64,000 bases of DNA. Origin: Blasia pusilla (lineage: Eukaryota). The notes under the pieces were generated by a model. It ran no database searches and was not told where the DNA came from. It saw nothing but the letters and a program-made list of their open reading frames with translations. Location of the stretch: NCBI GenBank assembly GCA_050084515.1, contig CM114271.1:3968001-4032000 (forward strand). The letters are read 5' to 3'. Below are positions 40,740 through 54,451 of this stretch, one piece after another. A program made the position numbers and the translations under genes. The first letter of the stretch is position 1. Each line of letters starts with the position of its first letter.

Positions 40740-41031
40740 TTATGCCATAAGTGCTTCAATGAGTGTAGTAATGATATGAAATCAAATTTGAAAAATAATG
40801 TGAAATTAAGCAAAGGGTCATGCAAACCATGACAGACCATATTTTTAAAAATTTCATTACTAGATTGAGACTCTCAAAACACAAATTATATATAATAATC
40901 CGTCCAACAAGAAATAAAAATTTCTTTATTTAAAAAAGAACTAATATACAACACGTGCCATTCACGAAAATAAAGGGACTAATAATATTGCACATAACTT
41001 CAAAATTATTTTGATGCCATATGAGAGATAA

Positions 41032-41225
41032 TCTATATTATCATTGGAGAGTGCTTTCTTGATTTGTAGAGAGGTCTTTGCTTGACATGCGACAATCGGG
41101 CATAAAAGAATGTTCCCCCCTTACGAGCAGCAAGAAACAGACTTTATACAAATATGATTAATGCTTTCATTCCCATGATGCCCACTAATAAGACCTAAAG
41201 AAGACACTCTGCAGTAATATAAACT
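41032..41225 (+). mobile_element. Mini-Helitron 5' end
   Basis: A|TCTATATTATCATTGGAGAGTG..., homologous to 12373-12480 and the reverse of 16000-16110. Confidence 0.6.
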
Positions 41226-41387
41226 AGTTAGGACCTGTGGGAGACCGTCCACTCCACTCCACGATCCCATAACCCTAAACGCCCCGTTAGGCTACCTGAA
41301 TGCCCGTGCCGTATGTTATGGTGATCTCTCGCGTGTCGCCATTTGAAAATCACTCCCCCGCTATCGATATGCCGATAGTTGTATAGA

Positions 41388-41723
41388 CTAGCAAGTGCTC
41401 ATACTATGCACGGATGATATTTTCTTTTCTTTATTATCTCTTTTTAATTTTAACTCCCTCTCTCAATGGGACACGTATCGATACCATAGGAACCCTTAGA
41501 GGACAAATGTCAACTCGTGAGGAGGGTTTCTTCAAATCCAATCCTCTTTAAATAACAAAAAAAATTAAATATAACACATGCACATGTTATATAATATGCA
41601 TGTAAAATTAAATATGCACATGTTATATTTATTTTTCTTTGTTATCTCTTTTTAATTATAATTCCCTCTCTATTTTCTTTGCGACACGTGTCGACCTTGT
41701 ATTCTTTTAATTAATTAGATAGA
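41388..41723 (-). mobile_element. Complete 336-bp non-autonomous Helitron
   Basis: Minus strand starts A|TCTATCTAATTAATTAAAAG and ends ccgtgcatagtatgag-cacttg-CTAG|T. The internal ttttctttgttatctctttttaatt block also occurs at 16215. Confidence 0.75.
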
Positions 41724-42397
41724 TATGCGTGAAAAATATTAATCGGGTGCAATGAGTAATCCGCACACTCGTGTAACCTTGACGTGTGTGAAGCGGTATA
41801 GAGTGTTTGAAACCAGAGAAGGCAGATTCAAAATAGTCGTGTAGACCGCAAATTGTAGAGCGCCTCAACAGAAAATGAGGAGTGCAAGTGTCGGGCCCGT
41901 CTCACTGCAGCTCAAGAGATGTCGGACGTTCTAGATGATACCCACAGAAACATGCTCCGTAATCTGACATTCAAACTGAGAAATGCTCCAGAAAGGGATT
42001 CCTCCAAACTCATAATAGCAATCAGCGTGTGGATCTCTTGACTACTGATCTTGTTGTTATCTGTCAGCCTTGCTCTTCTCCCCAGCCTTGTTGTGCAAGA
42101 ATCAGGTTGAAATCCCTGTGCAGCCTCTAGCATCTTCATCGCCATTGAACCCCAACTCCATTGGACTTGAGAAACCTCAGAGAATTGACCTTCCTGTTTG
42201 AGACGGAGTGATCCAGACATGGATACCGGATGAGATCGGCTTATTCATCGCCATTGAACCCTATCTACCGAGGACACAAGCTTTTGAGAAGACAAAGCGA
42301 AAGGAAATACCTTCTCTAAGCGTTAAAACACATGAACTGTGCCCAAGTTTGAGACGGAGACGAAGGAAGAGGAACTGAAGGTGCGAACTGAGTAGAA

Positions 42398-45300
42398 ATG
42401 GACACACAGAATGCACCATACGCGGTGAAGATGCATCAGGCGGACGCTCTGGAGCTGGTGAAATCGAGTGCGATCCTGCTGATTTTGGACATGCCTCCGG
42501 CTACATCTTTTGGACTCAACATGCAGGTAGCGAGCAGGTTTTCATACAAGTTGTCGATTGGAGACTTGCGTCTGACTGAAATCGTTTCATTTCACTTTTT
42601 TCATGATCGAATTACGTGTCAGTCGTCTATCCCTGACCTTACGTAAGCGCTGATACTCACGGAATTGAAGCGTAGCAGAAGTCATCTAATGAACTGAACT
42701 CTAAGTCCTAATCTCTTTCTTTTCGATGACGGTACCCCGTAATGGTTGCCAGATTATGAGCTCACTGGAACTGCCGTCGCCGGAAGTTCAGATGAAGGCC
42801 GACTGCATTAATTTGGGCTAGAGTTCGGGATTTGAGATCATGGAGATTTGGGGATCCGTGAAAATGTGCCTTCCAGTCAGGGCTACATAGTCAATGGTGA
42901 ATGAATTGGGCTCTGAATATGTACGCAGCTGTATAAGTGAATTGTCCTGATGGACAGCGACCTACTCCCTGATCCTAAACCAAGGAGTAGGTCCCCTTTG
43001 TGTCTATCGGTTTGCTCTATCAAAGACTTGTCTTAATGAACTTGATGGCCTTGGCTTGTTTCGGAAATCCTCCTGGTCAGTGAAATCCTTGAGATTGCTG
43101 TTCTCCCAGAACTCCCTCTTTGACTATCTCTGTCGTTCGGGTTACTTGGAGTTCTAGCCGTGGATGATCGTTGTATGGTTGACGCAGATGTTTGTGGTTG
43201 GGCCGAACTTTAAAGGAGTGAAGATGTTGCTACCCGGTCCACATTTTGTCTACTACAGTGCAAGAAGCAGGTTTGTTTCACGGGTGCCCTGATCCTGAGT
43301 ATTTTGGAAGGTTTTGTCGTGTGATCCGTTGTCGACAGAGACTGCGTAGCGTTGAGCCTGTATCCCTCCGTTTTCGTTGGACGGTACAGAGGCTTGGATC
43401 ATTATAGAAAAGGAAGAAGCAGGGATAGTAGTAGATTAAAAAGAGGGAGACTAGCAAAAAGTGTCAGTGCTTATTGTGGATTATGTTGCTGCAGAGCTTC
43501 CACGTTTCAGCCAGGAAGCTCTTCGATTTTTGCTCTCCCAGCAACAAGCTTCCACAGATCAGTTGGCTAGAGTACCTGTCTATTAAGTGGTAGGTCCTGA
43601 ATCCAACTCGCAGTGGAAGCATCTTTGAGATATGTTCTTTCATCTCAAACATGACAGCACTCTTCTCAATGATACTTCTTTTCAAAATCATGAAAAACTC
43701 AGTAGGTACTTCAATTGAAACGACCCAAATACTTCTAACTTCCCCTTTTGAGACTGGAGGCGTTCATCTTGCTAAAGTATGGATGTACATGCTATGGAGA
43801 GAATTAAAGCCCTGGCTAAGAGACTAAATCGTTGACTCTACTTCTTTATGGGACAGGCATGGAAGCGACACTTCTCCAGTTACGGGCTTTTTCATAAATG
43901 CCTCTCCTTCCCAGGTGCGTCCTGTGTCCCTTTCATCAAAAGCTGAATGTTTGCACCAAAGCCTTGAACTCAACAATGGGCCGTGTGTTTGGGACGGAGT
44001 CTCTATTTATTAGAAAGGGTAGTGGATTTACTGGTCCTTATTTGCAGGTTATTGTGAGAAAGTGGCATGCAGAAGAAGAGTGCTTGGTCAAACTCTCAGA
44101 TAACAGTGAGGTAAGTCCAATTTTGCGTATTGTTGTTGGTCTTGCCGTCTTTTCACTTAATGACAGCTTAGTACTTGACGACCACTGTAAATGTGTGTGA
44201 GTTGCAGGGAGAGACCAAATGTGTTTTTGCTTTGAAGATTTTAGGATCCACATTCCTGCTATACCCTCCATCTCTATGCTTGTTTATGACTGGTTTCATG
44301 TATATGCTTTCAACAGGAACAAGGATATGCATTGGCGGCTAGGAACATGGAATTTGATAGACAATTGGCGCCATATGATATAAACCATCACAAGACTTGG
44401 CAGCAGCTGAGCAACTTCATCTCACCAGCTGTGGTGCACCTCATAGGTCTGGGCAGCCATGGACTCTAGTTTCCCAATTACCTGATGTTTGCATATCCTT
44501 GATGCATTCTCACAACTGTGGATCATATGACCTTTAAGTGACACGATGTTTTGGCAAAACAGAACCTGTTGGGGGTGACATATCTGTCATGGCTGAAGCT
44601 GCCTTGGTGCAGCAAACTCCAAAGACTGCTGCTGAGAAGCTCTTGTTTGAACAAATTTCCAAAGGCAAAGACTTGCAAGCACAGAAAATCTCAGCACTGT
44701 CTGAGGACAAAACAGATCAGAAGGATAATCTCGAGCATTCAGGAATGTCTCGGAGTGAGGAAGGCCAAGGTCAGGGGAGGAAGGGTGGTAGATGCTTCTA
44801 TACCCATTTTCCTCACCTGATAAAGCGGACAGGCATGGCTGCATCAGATTTGACAGCCTTAAATCTAGATAAAGTGAGTTAGGACATCCATCCTCTTCTG
44901 TGTGTTTCACATTTGAACACTGTAACCAGAAATGATATCTTTATTTCATTCTTCTTTTGTGATACCAGGTATGTCTAGGCAAAAAGTCTCACAGACAAGA
45001 AATATGGCATTATCAATCTCACATTGCACGGAGCAGCATGGAGAATGTCTAGCAAATGTGTCTTTAATTCCACCGTTGGGCTGTATCTGTATTGGCTGTC
45101 TGCCCAGCCTTTGTAATAGCAAGAAGATCCCACTTGAGGCTGATGTACGGCTGGACGTATCTTGTAGAGTCAAGTTCTTGAATTAGTGTTGCAAAGAGAC
45201 TATCAAGGACAAGAGGAGCTGCTTTTGGGGGAACTCCAATTCTGTTTCATAGCCTTCCTGGTGAGTTGTAGTCTAAAATTTCAGGTTTTGAAGCTCAATA

Positions 45301-48300
45301 GGACCAGTGGGTTTTCATCTGGAACAGCTTACATTCTATGTTCACATTGCACCATGGCATGGTTGGGTCTGCACCTGGACTGTTAGAATATCTTGATTTT
45401 GATTGTGGATGTAATTTATTGGCCTAAAGGAGATGTTGGATGTGGAGAGCATGTTTAGTGATGTACGTTGCTTGTTCACAATCGGTAGTCGTATATATCT
45501 GTTGAATAAATGTGGTTGATGTGGTGAAAGTTTTGACAGTTGTGGTAGTCATTGGCAGATGGGCCAGTCGCTTGAAGCATTTGGTCAGTGGAAGAGAATT
45601 GTGAGTCTGCTTTTAAGATGTGAGGAAGGGGTGAGTACATGCCCACTTGGAGAAGTCCTTCCTTCTGTTTAAACATGATGGGTTCAGAGTTCAGGCTTGC
45701 TGATCTGCATTTGGGGGAGGTCATAGTCTTGGTATTCATCATGGAGTTCTTTGACATGTAGTTGTGCATGATACATGTGAACATCTTTTGTGCAGCCTTT
45801 GCGAACAAGGACAAATCTTTTCATTAAGGTAGGCTCTCTAGATTTTTTATTCCTACTCTACTTAAGTGAGTGTTTTTCGTTCTTCAATCCTATGTTGCTT
45901 TCTGTGGAAGAGTGTGAGGTACAAGTGAAGGGTGCTAGTAATTGTCTAGATGAGATTGTACACGCCCTAAAGCCCAGTCACTCACAATTTTGAATTGTGC
46001 TTGTCAGTTCGTAGGTGTGGTCTATTGGCAGCTGAAGCAGAGTTTGCAGGGTGACATGAAGTCACGGGTTTATTCAAGCGAAGCGATAATGATGCTCGAT
46101 GACAGCTGGTTATCGGAAGACAACTTCTTCAGGTTGCTGTTCAAGGTGGGTGAAGGGTTCACTAGCAAGGTTGTACAGGTTGTGCAAGGAAAATGTACCT
46201 GAGCTCTAAGAGTGAATGAACTCATTGGTTGTCCTTGGGATCAGTAAACCCTGATTAGTTGCTTTGGGAAATAGTTAACCCCAACCATAGGACTCTAGAA
46301 CTTGCAATGACAAATTCTGTAGTGCTTAGATAGGCAAGGTCATGCAACACTTGGAAATTGACTACAAGAGGAACCAGAGGTATCGTAAGAAGCTATCAGA
46401 TGTACTACTCTAGCACCCACACACGATGTAGAATCTCTGAATCCTTCCAGGGCCATGCCCTGATGGGACGTTTAGGTCCCCAGGGACAATAAATTGGTTT
46501 ATTCATTCATTTCTTTCCTTCTGGTCAGGAGCTCCAATGTGCAATGCAGGCCCCAATGGACTCAGGAGGGGACACAAGTGATTTTCTATCATGGACTTGT
46601 CGTTGAGAATGGTTCTCTTTAATCGATTATCTCGGTGATGCAGGACTTTGTAGACATGTTGAGAGATGCCACACCTGTAAATGGAGAACTTCTACAACAG
46701 GTTAGTGCTCCCCTCATGGCTGGAAGTAGTTGAGAAAGTGGAACTGTTGGAAATTAACTAGTACAACGAAACAAATCAGCAGATTGCTGATTGATAGAAG
46801 TCGATCTAAACATTGATCACACGGATCAACCCATACGGACGATCTAGATTAGATTAGGTTCAATGTTCTGCTTATGACCGATTACTGCTAGTAACGTTTC
46901 ATCTTGCGAAACGATACATAGCTATGAGACATTTCTGAAGTGACACAGTTACGGTCACGTCTTTTGATTACGGCTCGTAGTTTAGCGCAGACTTTACTAC
47001 TTATGTATCGGCTTTCAATCTATCAACATAGAGAACACAGAGAGTACAAACGCACTTTTCAATTCATTCCGCAATTCTCACATGGTATCAGAGCCTGGTC
47101 GCTAGTCACTACTTTTACGATTTTCAAGAAAGGATTGGAATTTGAGGGATGCTTCAACATTCCTAGAGTAGAGGGGATGCCTTCTGCTCAAACGCCTTTC
47201 TTGTTTCTGTGTTCTTCGTGGCTGCATACTTCAGAGTCTTGCGAATTCGAAGTCCTTGACCCTTTTCTGTCACTTTCATCAATTCACAATGGTGAATACT
47301 AACATGTTCCTCAAGATCGACGACATCCCGAAATTTGACGGGACCTATTTCTATATTTGGCGATTATGCATGATTGTACCTCGATGCGGAAGATCTTGTA
47401 GGCATCGTAGAAGGTACAACTCCAAAGCCAGCAGCGGCTACCGCTCCTGCCACCGGCGTTGGGAGTGTCCACTAATGGGAGATTCTCAACCGAATTGCCT
47501 TATCTTTCATAGCGAATCGTTTAGACAATTCGCAAGTTCATCATATCAGTTCCGCTACGACTGCAGCGGAAGCCTGGACGAAATTAGATTCTTTATACCA
47601 AGCCCAGGCCACTGTCACAAAAATGTATCTGCAAGATGAATTGCAGACTCTTAAGATGAAAAAAGGCGATAGCGTTACCAAACATGTCCATCAATTTAGG
47701 ACATTAATTGATCAACTCCACGCTGCTGGATCGGTGACTACTGATGAAAATCAGTATCTTGCATTGATGTGATCAATGCCCAACAGTTACCGCAATTTAT
47801 TGACCTCATTGCGAGGTCAGAGTAACCTTACTTTGCAATCTGTGATCACTTTCCTTCTTAGGGAGGAGAAAATGATGAAGATGCAGACTGCTGAACCGTC
47901 CTCAGCTCTTTTTGTTGGACGAGGTTCTGCCCCTTTTCAATCGAAGTCCAAATTCGGCAATTCGAGGCAAGGCGGCTCTTTCAGAGGTTACGGTCGAGGC
48001 AAAGCTCCTCAGAAAGGATCTGGTCCTTTCAAATCAGGATTTGTTCCTGCTTCTATGACGATTCCACATGGCGAATTGTCCAATCATCAAGCTGAACACT
48101 TATAAGAAAATGAAGTGTTTCTACTGCAATTTGCAGGGGCATCATATTAAAGATTGCCGAAAACGTCTTGCAGATCAGCAAATGCAGTCCAGAGTTTCTG
48201 CTCCTGAAGCCAATTTTACGTCTCATCTCTTCTTTACCGTCGCCTATTCGACTTCGGCTTCCGAAATTCAAGATAACACATGGTATCTTAATACTGGTGC

Positions 48301-51300
48301 TACGCATCATATGGCCTTCTCCATTGATTATTTTTCGGGTTACACTCCTTATGAAAAATCATCATATGTTTTTCTGGGTGATAATTCTAGTCTGGAGATC
48401 AGAGGCTCTGGTCAAGTAGAGATCCTTCTGACTAACGGTACTGGACACTTTCTTCGGAATGTCCTATATATACCAAGCTTGAAGAAAAATCTTTTCTCAG
48501 TCAAGCAACTAGACACTTCAGGAGGATCTGCGTTGATTCATAAGGGACAGTGCGTACTCCGTGACTCTAAAGACCAAATCATTACAACGTGTTTCTTAAT
48601 TGATGATTTGTACAAACTCGGAGAAGCTGTTCTTCCACCCTCCCGATCTTCTATCATTACAGCTGCCACTGTGGTTCTTCCCACGATTGCTGATCTGTGG
48701 CATCACCGTTTGGGACACATTAGTGCTGCTCGGGTTTCTCAACTATTACAACAGCAAATGGCTGGCGGCGTTCCAACGCATAGTCCCTCGCAGCTTTCTT
48801 CATGTCGAGCCTGCCTACACGGCAAGCAGACCCGCAAACCTTTTTCTAATACGATTCCAGTCCATAGGGCCCTCAATGTTTTAGAATTAATCCATACTGA
48901 CATTTAGGGGCCTATTTCTCCCCCTACTCATTTGGGTTTTGGCTATTTCATGGTCTTTATTGACAATATCTCCCGGTATACTACCGTTTACCTCCTCCAT
49001 TACAAATCCGAAGCGTTTTCCCGTTTCACTCAATTTGTGGCTAATGTAGAGACTCAGCATCAACCTTGACGCATTCAGACATTGCAATCTGACAATGGTG
49101 GTGAATATAAGTCATCTGCTTTCATAGACTTCTGCCATTCTCGAGGAATCTTCAGGCAGTTCACTGTTCCCCACACACCACAACAAAATGGTGTTTCAGA
49201 ACGTAAGAACGGAACTCTTGCTAATTCTGTACGTTCTATGCTTTTCCATTCCGCTCTCCCCAAGACTTATTGGGGTGAAGCGTTGGTCACTGCCAATTAT
49301 TTGCAAAATCGTCTTCCGAGCAAAGCATTGCCACTTTCCAAAACACCATATGAGTTATGGTTTAATCATAAACCTGTGTTATCTCATCTTTGTATTTTTG
49401 GAAGTCCTGCATTTGCTAAAATCAACGATCCTCATTCAAAGCTGGATTTTCGCACTGAGGAATGCATTTTCCTTGGTTACAGTGACCAAAGCAAAGCCCT
49501 GCGTCTCGAGAGGCTGAGAGACAAAACTATCATTCTCTCCCGTGATGCTGTAGTTCTTGAAGATCAGACTGCTAAGACCACTCCATCGTTCGCTTCTTCT
49601 GATGCAGAAGATCTGGCTATCAGATCTGATCCTCTATTTTTCCGCTCACCCCCTAATCCTCAAACTTCCTTGCCTATTCCTGCTACTTCCCCAATTATTC
49701 CCTCAGTGGGAACTCCCTCTCCTTCCATGTCTTCTTCAGTGGGAGTTCAACCTCTTTCAAGTCCGCCACAGCCAGAGGATATGCCTTCACCAACGGTCTC
49801 TTCCACTGCACACCCCGTACCTGGTCATGGGCGTACCCATCTTTACTATGAAAGAAGACAACGAGCTCCTACTCCTCTTGCTCAAAGAAAAAGTCCTCGC
49901 ATTACTTGGGCTGTTGAGCGTTACGATGCACTTATTGAAGCTGAGAAGAACAAGAAGCGAGCTGCAGAGAAGCGTTGGGCCTTGCTCTCTTGTACCAGTT
50001 CTTTTCTCGAACCCCAATCTTATGAAGAGGCTATCTCTGGACCTGATTTTTCACATTGGAAGGCTGCCATTTCTGCTCAACTTCAGAGTATGGCTCGAAT
50101 GAAGGCTTGAACGTTAGTTCCCCTTCCTCCTGATCAAAGCACAGTCGGATGCCGTTGGGTTTTTAAAATCAAACCTAATGTGGATGGCACGATCCACAAG
50201 TACAAAGCCTGAGGATTTTCTCAAGTTCCTGATCTTGATTACGAAGAGACTTTTTCTCCTACGGTTAAACTTCAATCTCTTCGTATTCTTATTGCTATCG
50301 CTGCTTATTTCAATCTGGATTTACGTCAATTAGATCTAATTGTTGGTGATGTAAGTCGTCTGGTTGAGCCGGATCCATCGTTGTTGCCGGTCTCGCTGGA
50401 TATGCATTCCCAGAACATGATAAGCCTCACCGAGGTCAGTCATTTCAAACTCTTGGCGGAGCTTGCTTTTGACAAAAGGAAGCAATGCAGAACTGGAGCT
50501 GGTAATGACAGTAACATCCACGTAGAGGGCAAGGATAAGAAAATTGGAGTCCTTGTTCAGAATGCAAATATTAGAGTCAGCAGTGGTGCTGACAAAACCA
50601 ATGTCAAGTAAAACATAGTGACATCGTTCATACCACATACGGGCTGATTGCTTCAAACCATAAATGGATCTTCCTAGAAGGCAGACCAAGTTATTATTTG
50701 GAACTAGCAAGCCGGGAGGAAGAGCCATGTAGATCCTGTGTTCTGGGAATGCATATCCAGCGAGACCGGCAACAAGGATGGATCCGGCTCAACCAGACGA
50801 CTTACATCACCAACAAACTCAAACAGTTCAATATGCTGGGCTGCAAACCTATCTCCACTCCTTTTGATTTTGGCCTTCATCTTAGTCAAGATCAATCTCC
50901 TGTTGATCCTGCTGACATCGCAGCAATGTCTTCTATTCCTTATAAAAGTGCTACGGGCAGTTTAATGTGGGCAATGGTGCGCACTCGCCCCGATATTGCC
51001 TATTCTGTTAGCACTGTTGCACAGTTCATGACCAATCCTGGTCCTATACACTGGACTGCTGTCAAACGTATTTTCAGGTATCTCCAAGGGACAAAACATT
51101 ACTTTCTCCAATATCAGCGCTCATCTACTCCTTTTCATCTTCAAGGATATTCTGATGCTGCCTATGGAGACAACATCGACTCCCGAAAATCTACTAGCGG
51201 ATTTTGCTTTCTCCTTGCAGGAGGAGCAGTTAGCTGGGCAAGTAGAAAACAAAAGTCAGTTGCCCTTTCAAGTACCGAGTCTGAGTACATTGCAATGACT

Positions 51301-52358
51301 AAAACTAGCACTGAAGCTATTTGGATCAGAAGATTACTGTACGAAATTGGTTTTGCTCAGAAGATAACTGAGATCTTCTGTGACAACCAGAGTGCTATTG
51401 CTTTGGTCAGTTCTACAAAACATCATGACCGCACCAAACACATCGACATTTAATACCACTATATCAAAGATCAAGTATCAAGTGGCAAAATTATTTTGAC
51501 CTATATTTCAACTGCAGAGATGACTGCAGACATTTTTACTAAGGGTTTACACAAAGGACCTCATCAGAAACATACTAAATCTCTAGGGTTAACTAGTAAT
51601 GAAAAATGGCTGATTTGTTCCCCTGAGTGGGAGTGTTGGAAATTAATTAGGACAGCGAAACAAATCAGCAGATTGCTGATTGATAGTAGTTGATCTAAAC
51701 ATTGATCACACGGATCAACCCAAACGGACGATCTAGATTAGATTAGGACCAATGTTCTGCTTATGACCATTGATTACTTCTAGCAACGTTTCATCTTGTG
51801 AAACGATACATAGCTATGAGACATTTCTGAAGTGACACAGTTACCGTCAGGTCTTTTGATTACGGCTCTTAGTTTAGTGCAAACTTTACTACTTATGTAT
51901 CGACTTTCAATCTATCAACATAGAGAACACACAGAGTACAAACGCATTTTTCAATTCATTCCGCAATTCTCACAGGAACGTCCTGCTAAAACATTACCTA
52001 TTTATTGAGGCTCATTTCTTTTATCACACTTTCTGTCCTATGTGCAGACCAAACGACTCAAGAAGCTGCTCGAGGAAACCATGGGCTGGATCTTTGGGCT
52101 GGACAACCTTGTTGGTGAAGAAGATGATGAGGTTAGTTCCCAGCTTTTCAATAGTTCTCTCTACATGGAGATGTTAACAGCCATTCTTCACCCTTGCTGT
52201 TACCTAAAACTCAACTCATCAATTCTTATCCCTGAGCTAATCCTTTCCTCTAATGCATTCATCTTTCTTTGCTCCCAAGCAACCTGAAACTATCCACATG
52301 ACGTAAATTGCAGTATGCACCAGTGGTGGTGGATTGTGAAGATATGATGGAGACCTGA
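42398..52358 (+). CDS. AAR2: AAR2 protein (U5 snRNP/PRP8 assembly factor), 13 exons
   Basis: Exons 42398-42526, 43188-43270, 43857-43914, 44048-44110, 44317-44446, 44563-44873, 45168-45260, 45559-45630, 45796-45828, 46008-46145, 46644-46700, 52048-52131 and 52314-52358. Motifs VGPNFKGVKML.PGPHFVYYS, VRKW, FDRQLAPY, LTALNLDKS, LLGELQFCFIAFLMGQSLEAFGQWK, EEDDEYAPVVV. Confidence 0.93.
46745..51974 (+). mobile_element. Full-length Ty1/Copia LTR retrotransposon (defective) in AAR2 intron 11
   Basis: LTRs 46745-47082 and 51634-51974 (TG...CA); TSD GGAAC; PBS tggtatcagagcc at 47083; PPT before 51634. Domains: Gag (CFYCNLQGHHIKDC), PR (WYLNTGATHH), IN (LWHHRLGH, SDNGGEY, TPQQNGVSER), RT, RNase H (YSDAAYG, CDNQSAI). 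Stops and frameshifts present. Confidence 0.97.
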
Positions 52359-53000
52359 TGACCACAAATTGGAGGCTCTGTTGATCAGATTTTAGCACGC
52401 TCGATCCATTTTAGGCTGCATCTCAGAAGCCTAATATGTTGTCCATCTAACTAATGGCATCAATCTGTACAAGTTTTGTGTCCTTGCAAATCAGTCTCTG
52501 CGCAAATTGCTGGAGTAAACCATCTCACAGTTTCTATGTTCTGTAAAGAATCTGTGCCCTAAGAAGGGGTCCGACATAGAGCTCTCCAATCTCATGTGAG
52601 TCAGTCAGAAAATTCAATATTGTGTTTATGCAAGAGATTATGAGATCTGCCTTCTTTTGTCACAAATGCAATAAAAGCATTTAGGGTTTAGAGCGGCAAT
52701 AGAAGGCTTTAAAGTGAGATGACTGGGGATGACCGGTTTTGAAGCTTAGTTCAGGTTCACTGTTCTGCCTGAGTGCATGTGTCCTCCGTCTGATGATCTT
52801 ACGGTGTTCTCCTCTGTACACCACCTTCTCCATCTTGGAACCAACGTCCAGGTAGTTTTTGCCAGAGAACCGGTACTTTTCCAGTATAAATGGAAGGCAG
52901 ATGGAAACTTTTTAGGTTTTCTAAATTCGGATAGGCGTTTGACGCAAAATACATCTCGGATTCACTTAGAGATTTAGCCGCTTGGGGTGCTCTCGCGGCG

Positions 53001-53036
53001 CTGATAGAGAAAATTCGGCCGAATTTTCTCTATCAG
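53001..53036. repeat. Perfect 36-bp palindrome
   Basis: ctgatagagaaaattcgg|ccgaattttctctatcag. Confidence 0.95.
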
Positions 53037-53244
53037 TAATAGACGGTGTTGTAAGTATGAGTGTGAGTACTTGGCCATGTGCCTTGCGATCTACATTTAC
53101 AATGCTCAACTCATGCTATCGTATGGTGCCATAGAGATTGAGATAGCCCTTGGTGTACACATGTTTGTAATGAGTAGATGTACTCTATGAATATTTTATG
53201 TGCCTTAAACATCCAAAATGTATTGCATGTGCATGTACCCAACA

Positions 53245-53272
53245 CTAGTCAGCATTCTCGTGTTGCGCACGG
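53245..53272 (-). mobile_element. Helitron 3' terminus; element extends to higher coordinates
   Basis: Minus strand: ccgtg-cgcaa-cacga(g) hairpin, 8 nt spacer, then CTAG|T. Confidence 0.7.
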
Positions 53273-54451
53273 AAAAAGGTATTATTGTAATGAATTATTA
53301 GAAAGAAAAATGCATTTAACGCATTCATCACATATATAAAATCACCACTAAATCACCACCCCTTCCCCCCCAAATATAAATCCCATCACTCAAACTAAAC
53401 TCCACTACTTTCAATAATCACTACCCAAGTTTTAATCCAACTTCACATATAAAAAAGGTAAAGGTAATCAATTCTTCAAATGAAGATTAACGTTAGAAGA
53501 AAGAATGCTCAAATATTGGAGAACAATGTACGGAAATCTTTGTCTAATTTAGAAAAGCAGAGCTCATAGCTTGTGGAAAGTATTCAAACACAATTCCATG
53601 ATTAAATGGATGGCTAAAATAAGTCTGTTAAACCCTAAGGGAAATACTCGTTACAAAAGAATCCACTAAACCCTAATGGAAATAACGGAGTAGACATCAA
53701 AACTTTGTTTTTATGGATGATTAACAACCTAGAACTTGGAAGTGATGAAAATCTAAACGCCTTTATTTTTTGAATGAACGAAACAATTGTGCATCTGAGA
53801 TCATAAGAAATGTATGTCGATTGAATGAATTCAAGTGTAGTTGCCAAGAAGCTATGAAGGGATCCATTTGGTACCATTTGACCAATGCTACTCACTTCAA
53901 GGCATTCTATTCAAATTCACCTTTGATTAGACGAGTAATCTACATATGATTTCTCCTAACTACAAAAGGTATTTTGGTGTTGAACTCCAAACAATGAAAG
54001 GCATTCTTTGCTTAGTTGGAATGAAAGGCATTCTTTCTCTCTCTAGGGGTCATTAATTTTTCTTTTATAGCCCTCCACAGGGTCCTCTAGATGTATGTGT
54101 GCATTTTCTCTAGATACTTAGTAGCATGGGTCCACTTTAGGATATTTCTTAGTCAAGTGTTGAATGCACTTTGTTCTGTTCTTTGTAGAGTAAATGCGAA
54201 TATAAACCACGGATATCCATTTTGTTCCATCATGTAAGTATTTTACCCCTATGTAATGCCACACAATCTCGAGGTGGAATTTGATTTCAGAGTAACCATG
54301 GGAAATAAAAGTCCTGAAACATATTCAATCAAGTATCACAAATCATCACCTCACAATGTCTTAAGGAGAGAACATCAAATTTAATCCGCTACTTACGAGC
54401 ACGGTGTCGTATAATAAAATCACCCATTATGTAAATTCATCTCTCATTAAG

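Noticed and set aside
42959..42993. 10-bp stem hairpin in AAR2 intron 1
   Set aside because: Short, with no snoRNA or miRNA hallmarks discernible.
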